Assembly: GCA_003693705.1 (NCBI GenBank)
Contig: RBZT01000657.1
Location: 95,252 to 159,251, forward strand
DNA: 64,000 nt
Reading direction: 5' to 3'
Source: Polymyxa betae A26-41
Lineage: Eukaryota > Protista > Endomyxa: Phytomyxea
Shown one piece after another: positions 50,037 to 63,619 of the stretch; position 1 is the first letter of the stretch; each line of letters starts with the position of its first letter. Under the pieces are notes generated by a model, which had not been told where the DNA came from, ran no database searches, and saw only the letters and a list, made by a program, of their open reading frames with translations. The translations under genes and the position numbers were made by a program.

Positions 50037-52279
50037 ATGAGAGAGATGCAGGAGACCTGGTCAGTAGTAGTTCATCATATACAAGAACGTATTAGATCAT
50101 TATTAACTATAGATATATCTCATATAGATGATACATTTATTGATAAGTTTATATCTGCTATAGCTAAGGTAAGCAGCATGATATTGACTCATATGGCATT
50201 ATATCAATTGATGTATTTAGTTTCATGAGATCAGGCCAGGTCGATATATTCTACTCAATGATCTTCAACCTGGAATTCTACATGCAGATCCATTGATAGT
50301 ATCAGGTTCTATAACACTGCTTCTAACTAGTACATATCTAATATTGTATTCTATAGCATATTTAAAGATATTATCTATACTTTTATACTGGCCATCATTA
50401 TATCTGAATGAATTCCAAATATTATTTCCTGAATTATTACATATATGTAATCAATGCAATAATATACATCCTCTTATGTATTCTGCTTCACTTCAAGCTC
50501 TCAATGCTGCTATTCAATCGGATTCAAGATGGTTCAATAATCATATTCATGATATTCGTCAGATTGCATTAACTGCATGCTCTCATGAAAATCTCTACAT
50601 ACGACGTAATCTAGCAGGTCAATTATTGATGAGATGTATCTCTATGAATCCAGATTCTATCGAACTTGTTCCATTATTGAAATCTAATTCTGATATGGTC
50701 GAATCTATCCTAAGTGCTATTCAATTACTCTGTAAAGAGTCAGTATATATTCCATATAGACATGAATTGGTATATCTAATCTTCATCATATCATGTCATT
50801 GTTCATTTTGTATTAACAGATAGTATATATGATGGATATGTTATGTATTGGGAGAGATCCCCATATTATAATGGATACAATCAAGCTATTTCTACCATTA
50901 TGTGATAATGAAGTTAGATATGCTCATGATTTAATTCTTGATACATTCCATAATGATCCTGATCAGGTATTTCTAATGTTATATCCCATAGATTGGTATG
51001 ATTAATGAAATTATTTCAGGGAGATTGTATTCGTGGTAGACTATATTTATCAGGTTTAGTACCAGATCGTATTCTATATCCAGATATTCGCGATATTATT
51101 CCTAATTATGTCAATACTATTGCTATTGTATTACCATCATTCATGTCTATTCCAATATTAATCAATGATATCATTACTGGTTAGTTCGTTATGATATACA
51201 GTATTGTCTTTCAGGATCTGATATTTATTGATACCCAGATATATTACTTACCAGATATGAATATATTCCATGCCAAATATCACGATGTTTATTATCAGTT
51301 CCATGTTCTGTTCTATTATCAGCTAATAGATCTCTTCTAAATAATCTCATTGATATATCAATGAATCTCTTTCTAAAAACACCTGCACAGTTAGTCTCTA
51401 TTGTCTTTACAGTTCTCACCTCACTCATTCATTCTGTTTAGTACTCAAATGATACTCGTACAACTCTATCTGCATTGGTTTGATAATGAAGAAATGGCAG
51501 AATTATTGCTACAATCTACATCTGTAGCAAATATCCTGTCAAAATTCAAGAATAGAAACTGGATTGCACCTCGATCATTATTAATCTTATTAGGTACATG
51601 TAATAGGAATATATGTGAATATATACCAGATATACCTCAATACGTACTGTTTCAGACACAGAATGAAACAGATACAGACATATTATTGATATTATTAGAT
51701 ATTTGTAGGAAATTACATACCAGACAATTATCTAGGTATTTGTATTATTATAACACAATATATCATTGTTATTAACTATTTCATTATAGAGATCACTATG
51801 AACATATTCTACATCAACTATTCTCTATTTTATTACACAATCCTGAATGTTCTGTTCGCTCCAAGGCATTATCTGTAATTATTGAATATTTCAGATCGGA
51901 TATGACCCAATATGTTATGAAGAAATTCGAGCCTGAACTTCGACTTTGGATATCTGCATTGGAAAATGAATCAGAACTGGAACTTGTTCAGATTTCATTC
52001 AAGTTGTTAGAAATTCTGGGGACGGAATCGCCCGAATTCTTCAATGAACTCAATGGCATCCAAATTCTGCATGATTTCTCAGAAAGGGGATGTTTTTCTA
52101 TACGAGTATATGCCTGGAGATCATTATCGTATCTGAAATGCAGTAATATACCCTATAATATCAATATCGATATAGATATGATGAGATATATACAGGAATA
52201 TTCAATTACTAATGAGATATTAGACACAGATATATTCACAGCATCCCCCGAATCACAGACAATTACTTGCTGCTATTAA
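50037..52279 (+). CDS. BRAT1: BRAT1-like HEAT/ARM protein
   Basis: N-terminal IDDTFIDKFI resembles BRAT1 ADDTCLEKLL; helical repeats (LYIRR, CSVRSKAL, FSIRVYA); ends ...TITCCY*, like BRAT1 ...ADCY*. Confidence 0.72.
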
Positions 52280-52464
52280 TACACATATCACAATGTCATT
52301 CTCCACTCATGCTTTGTAATCTGAATTATGCAACTTTCTGATGTCACATCCTGTAGTCATATTACTTCCTCGATTACAATTCGCTCGGTCATTAATCCTG
52401 TGTCTTTTATCCCGTGAAGTGATAGTTTGTCAAGCACACAGAGATATTAAGAACAGGCATTAGC

Positions 52465-53617
52465 ATGGGAGACGATGTCGGGCTCGAGCTCGATCTCGTC
52501 AATGAACGTCTTGGATCATTCCCTGATTTATCGGGCCTGAATCCGATCCCAAAGGTCGTGATCCATAATATACTCTTCAGTTCATCTAATTAGACGATGT
52601 CTTTTTAGAAGCTACTCCTGCGCCAGAATTCCATTGTTGACATTCCTGTATTACCTGATCAGATTGCTGAACATATTGAGCATCTTGATCTATATATCAA
52701 TGATATCAAACAGATCCAGCACTTGGATAATTTCAGGAACCTTCGCGTCCTTGATTTATCGTTCAACCAGATTCGGACAATGACAGGTCTTGATAACCTT
52801 CCAAATCTTCAGGAGATCTATCTGATCAATAACAAGGTCTTAAACATGTTTTGATTCAAGTTGACATATGATAATATTGCTGTACAGGTTACATGTATTG
52901 AGCAGATAGAACAGCTACCATCTTTAAAGTTATTGGAGCTTGGTAGCAATCGTATTAGAACAATTGAGAATCTCTCTGGTCTTGCAGATACATTAGAAAG
53001 TTTATGGTCTCAGGATTTGATTCTTCTTTGTACTGCTTTGCTAACAACACATATAGGCTTGGAAAGAATAAAATTGAAATCATTCAGCGCGTCGATAAGC
53101 TTATCCATCTGAAAATATTGGATATTCAGGTGACTTCAGTTTTTCAAAGTGGTTATATTTGTGATTCTGATTCGTGTCATTTAGAGCAATCGTTTGACAG
53201 AAATTGGCGATGGCCTTCGCAATCTATCCAATTTACAGGAGCTGTATTTGGGACACAATGCGATCACTTCGTGTTTTGGGTTGGAGACCCTCGCCAATTT
53301 ACGAACATTGGATCTAAGTGCTAATCGTCTGACACAAATTACTGGATTAAGACACCTTGTATCAATTGAAGAACTATGGATTAGTCATAACTGTACGTTA
53401 TTGTATGCAAATATCCAGCAATCTTTCTATTTATCATATCTCTGTAGTGCTGGAAGATCTTGATCATGTCTTAGAAGAACTACGACCATTGATCCATTTA
53501 ACCACCGTCTATTTGGAATGGAATCCATTATGTCAAACAACCGATTACAAGTCAATTGTACCCGAGCAGCTACCTCATTTGAAACAGCTCGATGCAGTTT
53601 CACTTCCTTATTTCTGA
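52465..53617 (+). CDS. PPP1R7: PP1 regulatory subunit Sds22 (LRR)
   Basis: LELGSNRIR.IENL, LWLGKNKI, LQELYLGHNAI, TVYLEWNP...Y...LPHLKQLDA LRR-cap. Confidence 0.88.
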
Positions 53618-53850
53618 TTGTATCAACTACAATGTTATTTCTGCAATGATTGCAGTCAAGGTATCACGATCCAAAGTCTTATCTAAAAAAGTTTACTGTT
53701 ACAGAATGGTGTTAATCATATAAGACATGGCTGATTCTGGTTCTTTTAACGGACAGCCTTATTAGATATAGATTTATGCAATTAAATAATCCTAAGACAA
53801 ATTATGTTTAATGAAAATTGAATGATACCGAATATTGAATTTCGACAACA

Positions 53851-56638
<2,788 letters not shown>

Positions 56639-57249
56639 CAATGAAGAGCCAAAAAATGTGTCTAGTTGAAGACAGCAATCAGCAATACGAAGCCCGCATA
56701 TTGTGCAGATTTTGCAACAGCATCAAGGGTTGCGCATTTCTCATCCGTTGAAAAGTTCTCACAAATTTGTTGAAAAACACGTCATTTGTTCACAATCCAG
56801 AAAGCCAATAAATGACGTCTGAGGAATAAGTTAGCCGGATTCCTTGTGGTTCAAAAGAAACACACTGAAAAAAGTACTGCAGTTTGGGCAGAAGCAGTTA
56901 CAGATATCGCAGAATATATGTGTACGGGACTGATACGATATGAACTGTGAGCTAAATAGCAAAAGCAAGCCAGTTTCTAGGAATCAAAGTGATACATTTC
57001 ATAATCACAGCTAACAGTTTCATTGTATTATTGGTACCAGCGCATTATTGACTTCAGTCACGACGCACACGGTCAAGCAACCATAAATGGAGAATTTGTA
57101 TAACGTCAATCAACCGAAGAAACCAAATAAGCAGCAGTATCCCAGCGGCCACCGTAACAACCGTTTTGGAGGTCGCGATTCCAACCAGCTGCAATCGAAA
57201 AGGTGAAATGTTTTCAGTGCGTTGACGTTCATATATGAAGGAGATGAGG

Positions 57250-57415
57250 AACGGCGCCCCGGGCTTCCCGATCGGATCGACTGCGGCCCCGCCGCGGCGC
57301 CCGCTCGTGGCCAGCGGCCGGCGAATGTCACTGGATCTGGTAGGTGACCGAGCCTCCTCACATCCCTCTTGCCTATTCTGAGGCCTGTGTCGTGAGTCAC
57401 ATCGGCCGTCATCTA
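57250..57415. promoter_or_regulatory. GC/CpG-rich island between divergent DDX3 and YY1-like genes
   Basis: Abrupt run such as CGGCCCCGCCGCGGCGCCCGCTCGTGGCCAGCGGCCGGCG in an otherwise moderate-GC intergenic region. Confidence 0.45.
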
Positions 57416-57659
57416 GACCCGCTCAAGCTACCGCTCTCTCTTCTCACATTCGGTCGCTTCTAGGCTCAGCCAGTCGCCGATCTACACTCTATATCGCTGT
57501 CGTTGAACATCTCGCATCGAGTCTCTCCCGTTTACTACAAACTAGACTCTCGTCTCTGTCGTTCTATCGACTGTGACAGCGCCGTCTATCTGTACGCTGT
57601 AGCTTAGTCGTCGTTAATATCCACACCTACAGCTCTTCCTAAATACGACCTCATTCTCT

Positions 57660-58107
57660 ATGGCGGTCGACGAGGCAATCCTTGGGAATTCCAGTGATGA
57701 AAGCCTGACCGGCGGTAAGCACAGCCTCGAGGAGAACATCAATGACGGCCAAGCGGATCCGATTCGAAAAAAGGCTAGAAGCTGGACGAAACAGTGGGTG
57801 GTGGTTAAGACTGCTGCTGGCCATATGAGAGTGATGGCCTGGACTTCGGGTAATTCTTCATTGCAGAGCTGTTGATTGGTGTTTGATCTTCTCTGCTTTA
57901 GATGAACCACTAATCACCGGCCCGAAGCAATCCTGTCCTGAGTGCAATAAGAAATTCGACGACCCGAACAGCTTGAAGCGCCACGTCAGGACACATCTGG
58001 GCAAATCCAAGAATATCTGCAGTGTTTGTAGGAAAGGATTTCCAGACGCATCGAAGCTGAGACGTCACCAAGTGTCACTGAAGCATCTTTCTCCAGCGGC
58101 CAATTAA
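57660..58107 (+). CDS. YY1: Minimal YY1/Pho-like C2H2 factor (REPO-like motif plus 2 fingers), 2 exons
   Basis: WTKQWVVVKTAAGHMRVMAWTS|DE resembles YY1 [24 protein letters not shown]; fingers CPEC..KF.D..SLKRH..TH and C.VC.KGF.DASKLRRHQ match YY1 fingers 1 and 2. Confidence 0.72.
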
Positions 58108-58250
58108 TTTAACCAAGAAACTATCTATTATTATGATTCTGATATGTACCTACCACCATCACATCCATCACCATACATTCATCAGTCCAGTTGTTTGAAA
58201 GACAAACGGCTTCACATAGACTGCTGCAAGGTGTTAAGAATATATCTGTA

Positions 58251-59162
58251 TTATTTAGTATTTACCACTAGTGGAGGTGTTTGAAACTCCAAAAGCCGAT
58301 ACAATAAATCTTGTTTTGTATGCAACCAGACCGTCATCGTGGCTTGTTGTTTCCTAGTCAGGGTTTTGTCCAAGACGTCACCAAATACTTTAGTGGCATT
58401 GTGAAAAGGTAAGATAGTAGCGTTATATTGCTCGAGGCTTTCTAGGAAAGCCACGAAATGCTGCCTCGCTCTAATAATATTGTCAAAATGTTCCTTGTGC
58501 CCAACCTTCAGATTGGCAATAATATCAATTTGCTCTGGACTCAATCCTAACTCTTTGATGATGGTACTCCAGGACACATGTGTATTCTCAGCATCAATAT
58601 CTTCTTCGCTAGCCAACAACATTAATAATACGGCTGTGGCTAGATTACTTCGATCAAGGCTGGGTGAAATGGCCTTCATAGCGCGGATGTGGGTCTTCGA
58701 AATTCTCTCAGTTATCGAGTGATACTTTTCGACCAACGACGTCAATACTGACTCGTCTTGCGAGAACTCGACACTTTCAAGCGCTGCCTGAAGCCTTTGA
58801 GAAACTTCATAGCGTTCTCGAATCAAATCGGAAACGTTCGTGGAACGCAGCTGTTCCCGCAAATGTTGATTATCGTGCTCCAGGATGGCGTTTCGTCCTT
58901 CAAGTCCTTCGACCCGAATCTGCTTCCTCGCTCGACTTCGACGTGCAGATTCTCGCTCTCGTTTCCTTCGTCGCTCGATTTTATCCAGATAATCAGATGA
59001 CTTTAGTTGCCTGCAGCCTGGCTGCATTGGTTGCGATATCCCTGCTGATCCCGGAGATAGGATGGAAGCCGAATTGTCGCGAACGTCCACATCGGACATG
59101 TAGCCCTGAGGGCCACGAACACCACCGAGGTCAGGAGAGATCAAGTCAAATCGATTCGCCAT
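58251..59162 (-). CDS. bZIP transcription factor, intronless
   Basis: RRKRERESARRSRARKQ basic region plus heptad leucines (LEGRNAILEHDNQHL). Confidence 0.88.
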   Translation of the reverse strand: MANRFDLISPDLGGVRGPQGYMSDVDVRDNSASILSPGSAGISQPMQPGCRQLKSSDYLDKIERRRKRERESARRSRARKQIRVEGLEGRNAILEHDNQHLREQLRSTNVSDLIRERYEVSQRLQAALESVEFSQDESVLTSLVEKYHSITERISKTHIRAMKAISPSLDRSNLATAVLLMLLASEEDIDAENTHVSWSTIIKELGLSPEQIDIIANLKVGHKEHFDNIIRARQHFVAFLESLEQYNATILPFHNATKVFGDVLDKTLTRKQQATMTVWLHTKQDLLYRLLEFQTPPLVVNTK

Positions 59163-59591
59163 GGCCTACCTATCACAAAATTGCCGATCGCAGGGAGAGT
59201 ACCCTAGATGCCATAACAACGCTGTCTGATTGTCTCACAGAATTTGAAGCTAATTATGGGTCTGTTAATAATTCAAGAAATCAACTATGAAGTCTATTTT
59301 CTTACAATCTGGATCGCAACGACTTTAATGTTGAATGGTTCCCCTGTTATGAAAGAATGGGTAATAAAGACAATAGAAAAAGGAATTAGTTTACAGAGTG
59401 GGATGAAGATAATAAGTAATGTGAACGAATTTGCTATAAAAATGAAAACGGAGAATGAAATTATAAGAGAAAAATAGATAAAAAAACAATACTTTTGGAT
59501 TAAGGAGCGCAAATTGTGTAATACCGGTACTAGAAAATAAAAGTTTATATTAAATAAAAAGATTTTCTCATATAAGCCCTGAACCCATGCT

Positions 59592-60040
59592 TAAGACCCA
59601 GGACGCTGGAATTCCGGCTTCCCAGGGTCTTAATAGGAACACTCCCTGAACTAATGCTATTTGAGTATACTCGATAGCGTAAACATGCCCTGGCCATCGA
59701 CTTGAAAGTTCAATTTTCAATTGGAGCAATTTCAATGCATACTGAACTGAATCGAATTTGCGAAGGCTGTGCTTTTACAACGTAAAAGTGCGTTTCATTG
59801 CCAAATTCGACAAAAGTTGTCCAATCTACAAATACAAACTTTTTCGGCAATCAACACGTATCTCTCTTGAGGAAACGACGAATTTGCTAGAGATTTCGAT
59901 TTACAAGTAATAACATCCGCCAATCTTTATTGAGGCCCCGAAATGACGTTGACACCTTGATAAGACCGTCAACACTCATTTTGGCTAAGATCCTGGACCC
60001 TGGCAATATTCCCCAGGGCCTTATTAGGAACTTTACTGTA
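59592..60040. mobile_element. Non-autonomous DNA transposon remnant (Tc1/pogo-like right end) with duplicated hairpin motif
   Basis: TAAGACCCAGG...CCAGGGTCTTAATAGGAAC (59592-59640) recurs degenerately at 59986-60031; ends TTTACTGTA (reverse complement TACAGTAAA); no left TIR found. Confidence 0.45.
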
Positions 60041-60110
60041 CTGCTTACGTAGGCCTTGGACTAACAGCTGTGGAGCTGTTATTCTAAATTCCTTTTTTAG
60101 TCCAGGAGCA

Positions 60111-61118
60111 GTTTCTATACGGTGGTGTTTTTTCGTCCCGGACGCGGGGCGAGAATTGCGTCTATCCCCGCAGAAATAGTGCTACAGTTGATGTTAGTGA
60201 GCAGTAATTGGGCTGCGCCCTCTATAGAGTATAGAGCGACTACAGCTCTGGCTGGCTCACGGAGTTTCGTCGGGACTTGGAAATTTTTGGAAGTCAGGAA
60301 TTCTAGGTATCATTCAAAAAAAGCAATCACCCGCATTAAACTCGAACTCAGAACTTGACACAGGCAAACACTATAGTCTACCATTAAACCACGTTGCCGC
60401 TAATTGGTATTGTTAGACGGGAGAGGGTTTTGAACTGGAATGTGTTTGAAGAAGTGTTTTTATTTGATAGCATGCAAGCGGAAGGCAATGCTTCCGGTTG
60501 AATTAGCGTGAGTCAACGCTATTGATATCTCGAGATTGATCTAACAGCGCTCATATGCTAACAGGTATTTTGTTGTCGGTACGTGGTATACACCCTAAAG
60601 ACACCTAGAGTAAGCCCCTACAAACTTCCAAGAAAAAGTCCCTAAAAAAGCCCTAAACAAAACAATACCAGCCACTCAGACAGGAAGCCACTATAGACGC
60701 CGTCTCGCCGATGTGACAGATGTGTCTCTATCGAGGGCGCAGCCCATTTTCCAGTCAAGCAAGTTTCTCTATAACTGTAGGAGCGACGGATATGGGTCGA
60801 CGGATAATGTGACTCACTTTTCACTAATAACAACTGTAGCGCGGGGCGAGAACTGAGTCTATCGTATATCCCGGGCAAATAACCACCATTTACGCACTTT
60901 TTGTAATCCATTTTTCTCAATAACCAAAATGCTGTATAAAAATGTTTTCATATCAGCATGTGTACAATCCAACGATCTTTCTTTTTATGTAAAATTTTTT
61001 GGTGAAGCCTATTTGCCGTTCTCCAGAAATTGAATTCGAAAAAAGGTGCGTAGTGGTGGTTATTTCCCCGGGATATACGGTATCCCCGCGGGGCGAAAAA
61101 ACACCACCGGTTTCTATA
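60111..61118. mobile_element. Foldback/MITE-like element with nested inverted repeats
   Basis: CGGTGGTGTTTTTTCG (60120) vs CGAAAAAACACCACCG (61094); GCTACAGTTG.T.TTAGTGA (60181) vs inverse at ~60821; TGGGCTGCGCCCTCTATAGAG (60209) vs inverse at ~60726. Confidence 0.7.
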
Positions 61119-61459
61119 GATCGAGTTATGCGAAATAACAACTCGGACCAAATTAAGGATCAATTTTATCCGCCGTGCAACATTTGTATTAATACTGCAT
61201 AATACACTCCTGTTTAACACCTTTAACTCACAAGGGTACTCTACCACCATTGAAACACTGTCCTCAGTTATCATCTGAACAATCATATTATGGTTAGCAA
61301 CAAATTTGCTACAAAGCCGTAAGCAGAGTCAGTAATAACAACATAGACCATCAAAATATATTGAAGATAAGTGAGAGAGAGAAATGTTCATTGAGACTGC
61401 AGATTTCAAGCAGGGTCATAGATCGAGAAGGGTTTCCAAATCACTGAAGAAGGAGGTCA

Positions 61460-62019
61460 TCATCCATTGAATTTGTTCAGGTACGTGAGCCGAGATGGGT
61501 CGATGGTGAGCTTGGACGACAGCAGGTCACCCAGTTTCAGGAGAGGTCGCAGCTCCTCGTTGTCAGGTTTTTGACAATCTGGCGAAAATTTATCAGCCTC
61601 GTGCTCGATCCCAACCATTAGATAGAGAGGTGAAAAGATACTCGTAGTTGGTCTTGATTGAAGCCATAATGACGCATCCGTCAACGAAATTGGCAACTTC
61701 TGAATCGGTGTAGTCGGGTAATCTGAAAACGATCAGAGCTACATTTTTGTAAAAGTTCAGGAGTTATCACGCTGTTTAAAGAAAACTTTGAACAAAGATC
61801 GCTTTAACTGAAAATACGTAAAAATGTTCTCTCTTCGTGAAGAATTCAAAGAATTATAAAAAAGCACCTTTCCGCACTGATGAAATCTGAGCTATAGGCA
61901 ACGTAGAGATTCATTATTGTTCGGTTGTTAACGTCACCGGAGTCGTGCAGCGATTTCAACAGCAGCCCCCATAGACGGTAATCGCGACGATACTGATCTT
62001 TGAAGTTCTGGGTCAGTGC
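61460..62019 (-). pseudogene. 5'-truncated third copy of the effector gene plus frameshifted 3' exon relic
   Basis: LTQNFKDQYRRDYRLWGLLLKSLHDSGD...LYVAYSSDFISAER then GT donor; downstream PDYTDSEVANFVDGC...LLKLGDLLSSKL with a frameshift. Confidence 0.75.
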
Positions 62020-62193
62020 GCGAAAACTTTCGAAAAAGTGAGTTATCACGCCGTTAAGAGAAAACATTGAACAAAAGTCTTTTTAACTGAAAATACGTAA
62101 AATCTTCCCTCTTAGTGAAGAATACTTGAAAAAAAAACGCTTCTGCTAAAAGAATATAAAAAAGCACCTTTTCGCGACGAAATCTCGGGTATA

Positions 62194-62892
62194 CTAAATG
62201 AAGTACTTCAAGCAGTCAAGGTCACCGGAGTCGAGAAGCGATTTCAACAGCAGCGTCCATAAACGGTAATCGCGATCATACTGAATTTTGAAGTTCTGAG
62301 TCAGTACCGCTTCCCAGGCCTTGAGCGGATCAATGTACGCCTTGAGACTCATTTGATACTGGACCTGTCTCTGCAACAGTTCGCGGACCAGCATGACCAG
62401 TTCATCGGCTGCGTCCGGAGAGACATCGCTGAACCTGTGCCGGTATTTTAGAGTTGTAAAATGAATGTTGTTTTGGAGTGAATACCGCCCGTCCATGATC
62501 AGCTGTACGTCTGCATCACTGAAAGCGGTCGCCTTCTTGTGTATCTCGCTGTAGAAATCGGTCGGCTGCTCCCGGGCTTCCGTCGTTTTAGTACGGAAGC
62601 TGGCCGCCCATTTGCGGGCGTCTCGGTCCAGCGCTGTCTGCTCGATATGTTCGATTTGATTCGTGGAGGTTGCCTTGACGGCGCGGAACGACAAGCGGCG
62701 TGCATAGATCGATGTGGGCGCAAACAGTGCATTGATCGGCTGCGACATGATATGTTTCGATGTGGGAGCAAACAGTCGTGAATGAGAGAACAAGGGAGCA
62801 ACACCCGTAGTAACTGGGGCTGTCAGAGTCACACCATGAGCACAGTTGACTACGAAGAAAACGGCTGCGAGCAGAATGATGGGATGCATCAT
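62194..62892 (-). CDS. Secreted effector-like protein, 232 aa, paralogue of 642-1328
   Basis: Identical first 16 aa signal peptide; shared HRFSDVSP.AADELVMLVRELLQRQVQ block. Confidence 0.8.
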   Translation of the reverse strand: MMHPIILLAAVFFVVNCAHGVTLTAPVTTGVAPLFSHSRLFAPTSKHIMSQPINALFAPTSIYARRLSFRAVKATSTNQIEHIEQTALDRDARKWAASFRTKTTEAREQPTDFYSEIHKKATAFSDADVQLIMDGRYSLQNNIHFTTLKYRHRFSDVSPDAADELVMLVRELLQRQVQYQMSLKAYIDPLKAWEAVLTQNFKIQYDRDYRLWTLLLKSLLDSGDLDCLKYFI

Positions 62893-63584
62893 GGACTAGT
62901 ACGATATAATAGAACGATGTAAGTGAGAGGGAACCCACCCAGGGATAGTTGTTGAGTTTTAACACTGACAACAGAATGAACAATTTATGGGTTTAAAACG
63001 AGCTCAAATACAGGTTCGGGTTTATATGATTATCTGCCCTAACAGCCAAGATGTTCGTTGTTTAGACGAAAGCCGTACTAGACTGGGTGATTGACTCTTC
63101 CCACTACGGCTAAATTTAGAACTTCCAGAGGGTTACGTGCTGACATTTAAGTCGGTCAAGTGGATTCGGAACAAAATGTCACCTAAAAATAGCTGAAATG
63201 TTCAATCCCGAAATTGTTTGGTTTTCGTTGTCCCAATGATATCGCCTCTGAATATCTGCAACAAGGTCTGATTACTTTAACAGGTGTTTCGTATAAGAAA
63301 TCTTCCACTGGTTTAGAAAATGTTGATCAATTCGTCATTGGCATCTCTACATAATACTTTCCTTTCACTTCAATCAATCAACCAAAAGTTTAATGCTATT
63401 TTCTAGGATCAGATCAAATTTCACCTACCTCACAACCGATCAATATTGAATATATTTATCAAATGCATTCAGCAGCTCGACGTGTTTTACATTTAGTTGT
63501 AGAATTGGAGATCAACTGATATTGAGATCAACTGATATTGGCGCGTGCCAAGTATTCGTGAATCTTAAAACCTGCTACAACTTG

Positions 63585-63616
63585 NNNNNNNNNNNNNNNN
63601 NNNNNNNNNNNNNNNN
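63585..63616. other. Assembly gap (run of N)
   Basis: N bases in the sequence. Confidence 0.99.
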
Positions 63617-63619
63617 GTT

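Larger units (their letters stand above)
61301..63130. repeat. Segmental direct repeat, copy B, with internal tandem duplication
   Basis: 61301-62019 corresponds to A 1-767 and 62021-63130 to A 464-1570, so A 464-767 occurs twice. Confidence 0.92.

Noticed and set aside
62600-62800. RxLR/PEXEL translocation motif in the effector (ARRLSFR)
   Set aside because: Not a true RxLR-dEER or RxLxE/Q/D, and not conserved in copy A (ASRSSFS)
63508-63552. Short tandem duplication (GAGATCAACTGATATT x2) followed by TGGCGCG as a possible primer-binding site
   Set aside because: Only two units next to an assembly gap; no LTR pair visible to anchor a PBS; not CRISPR-like
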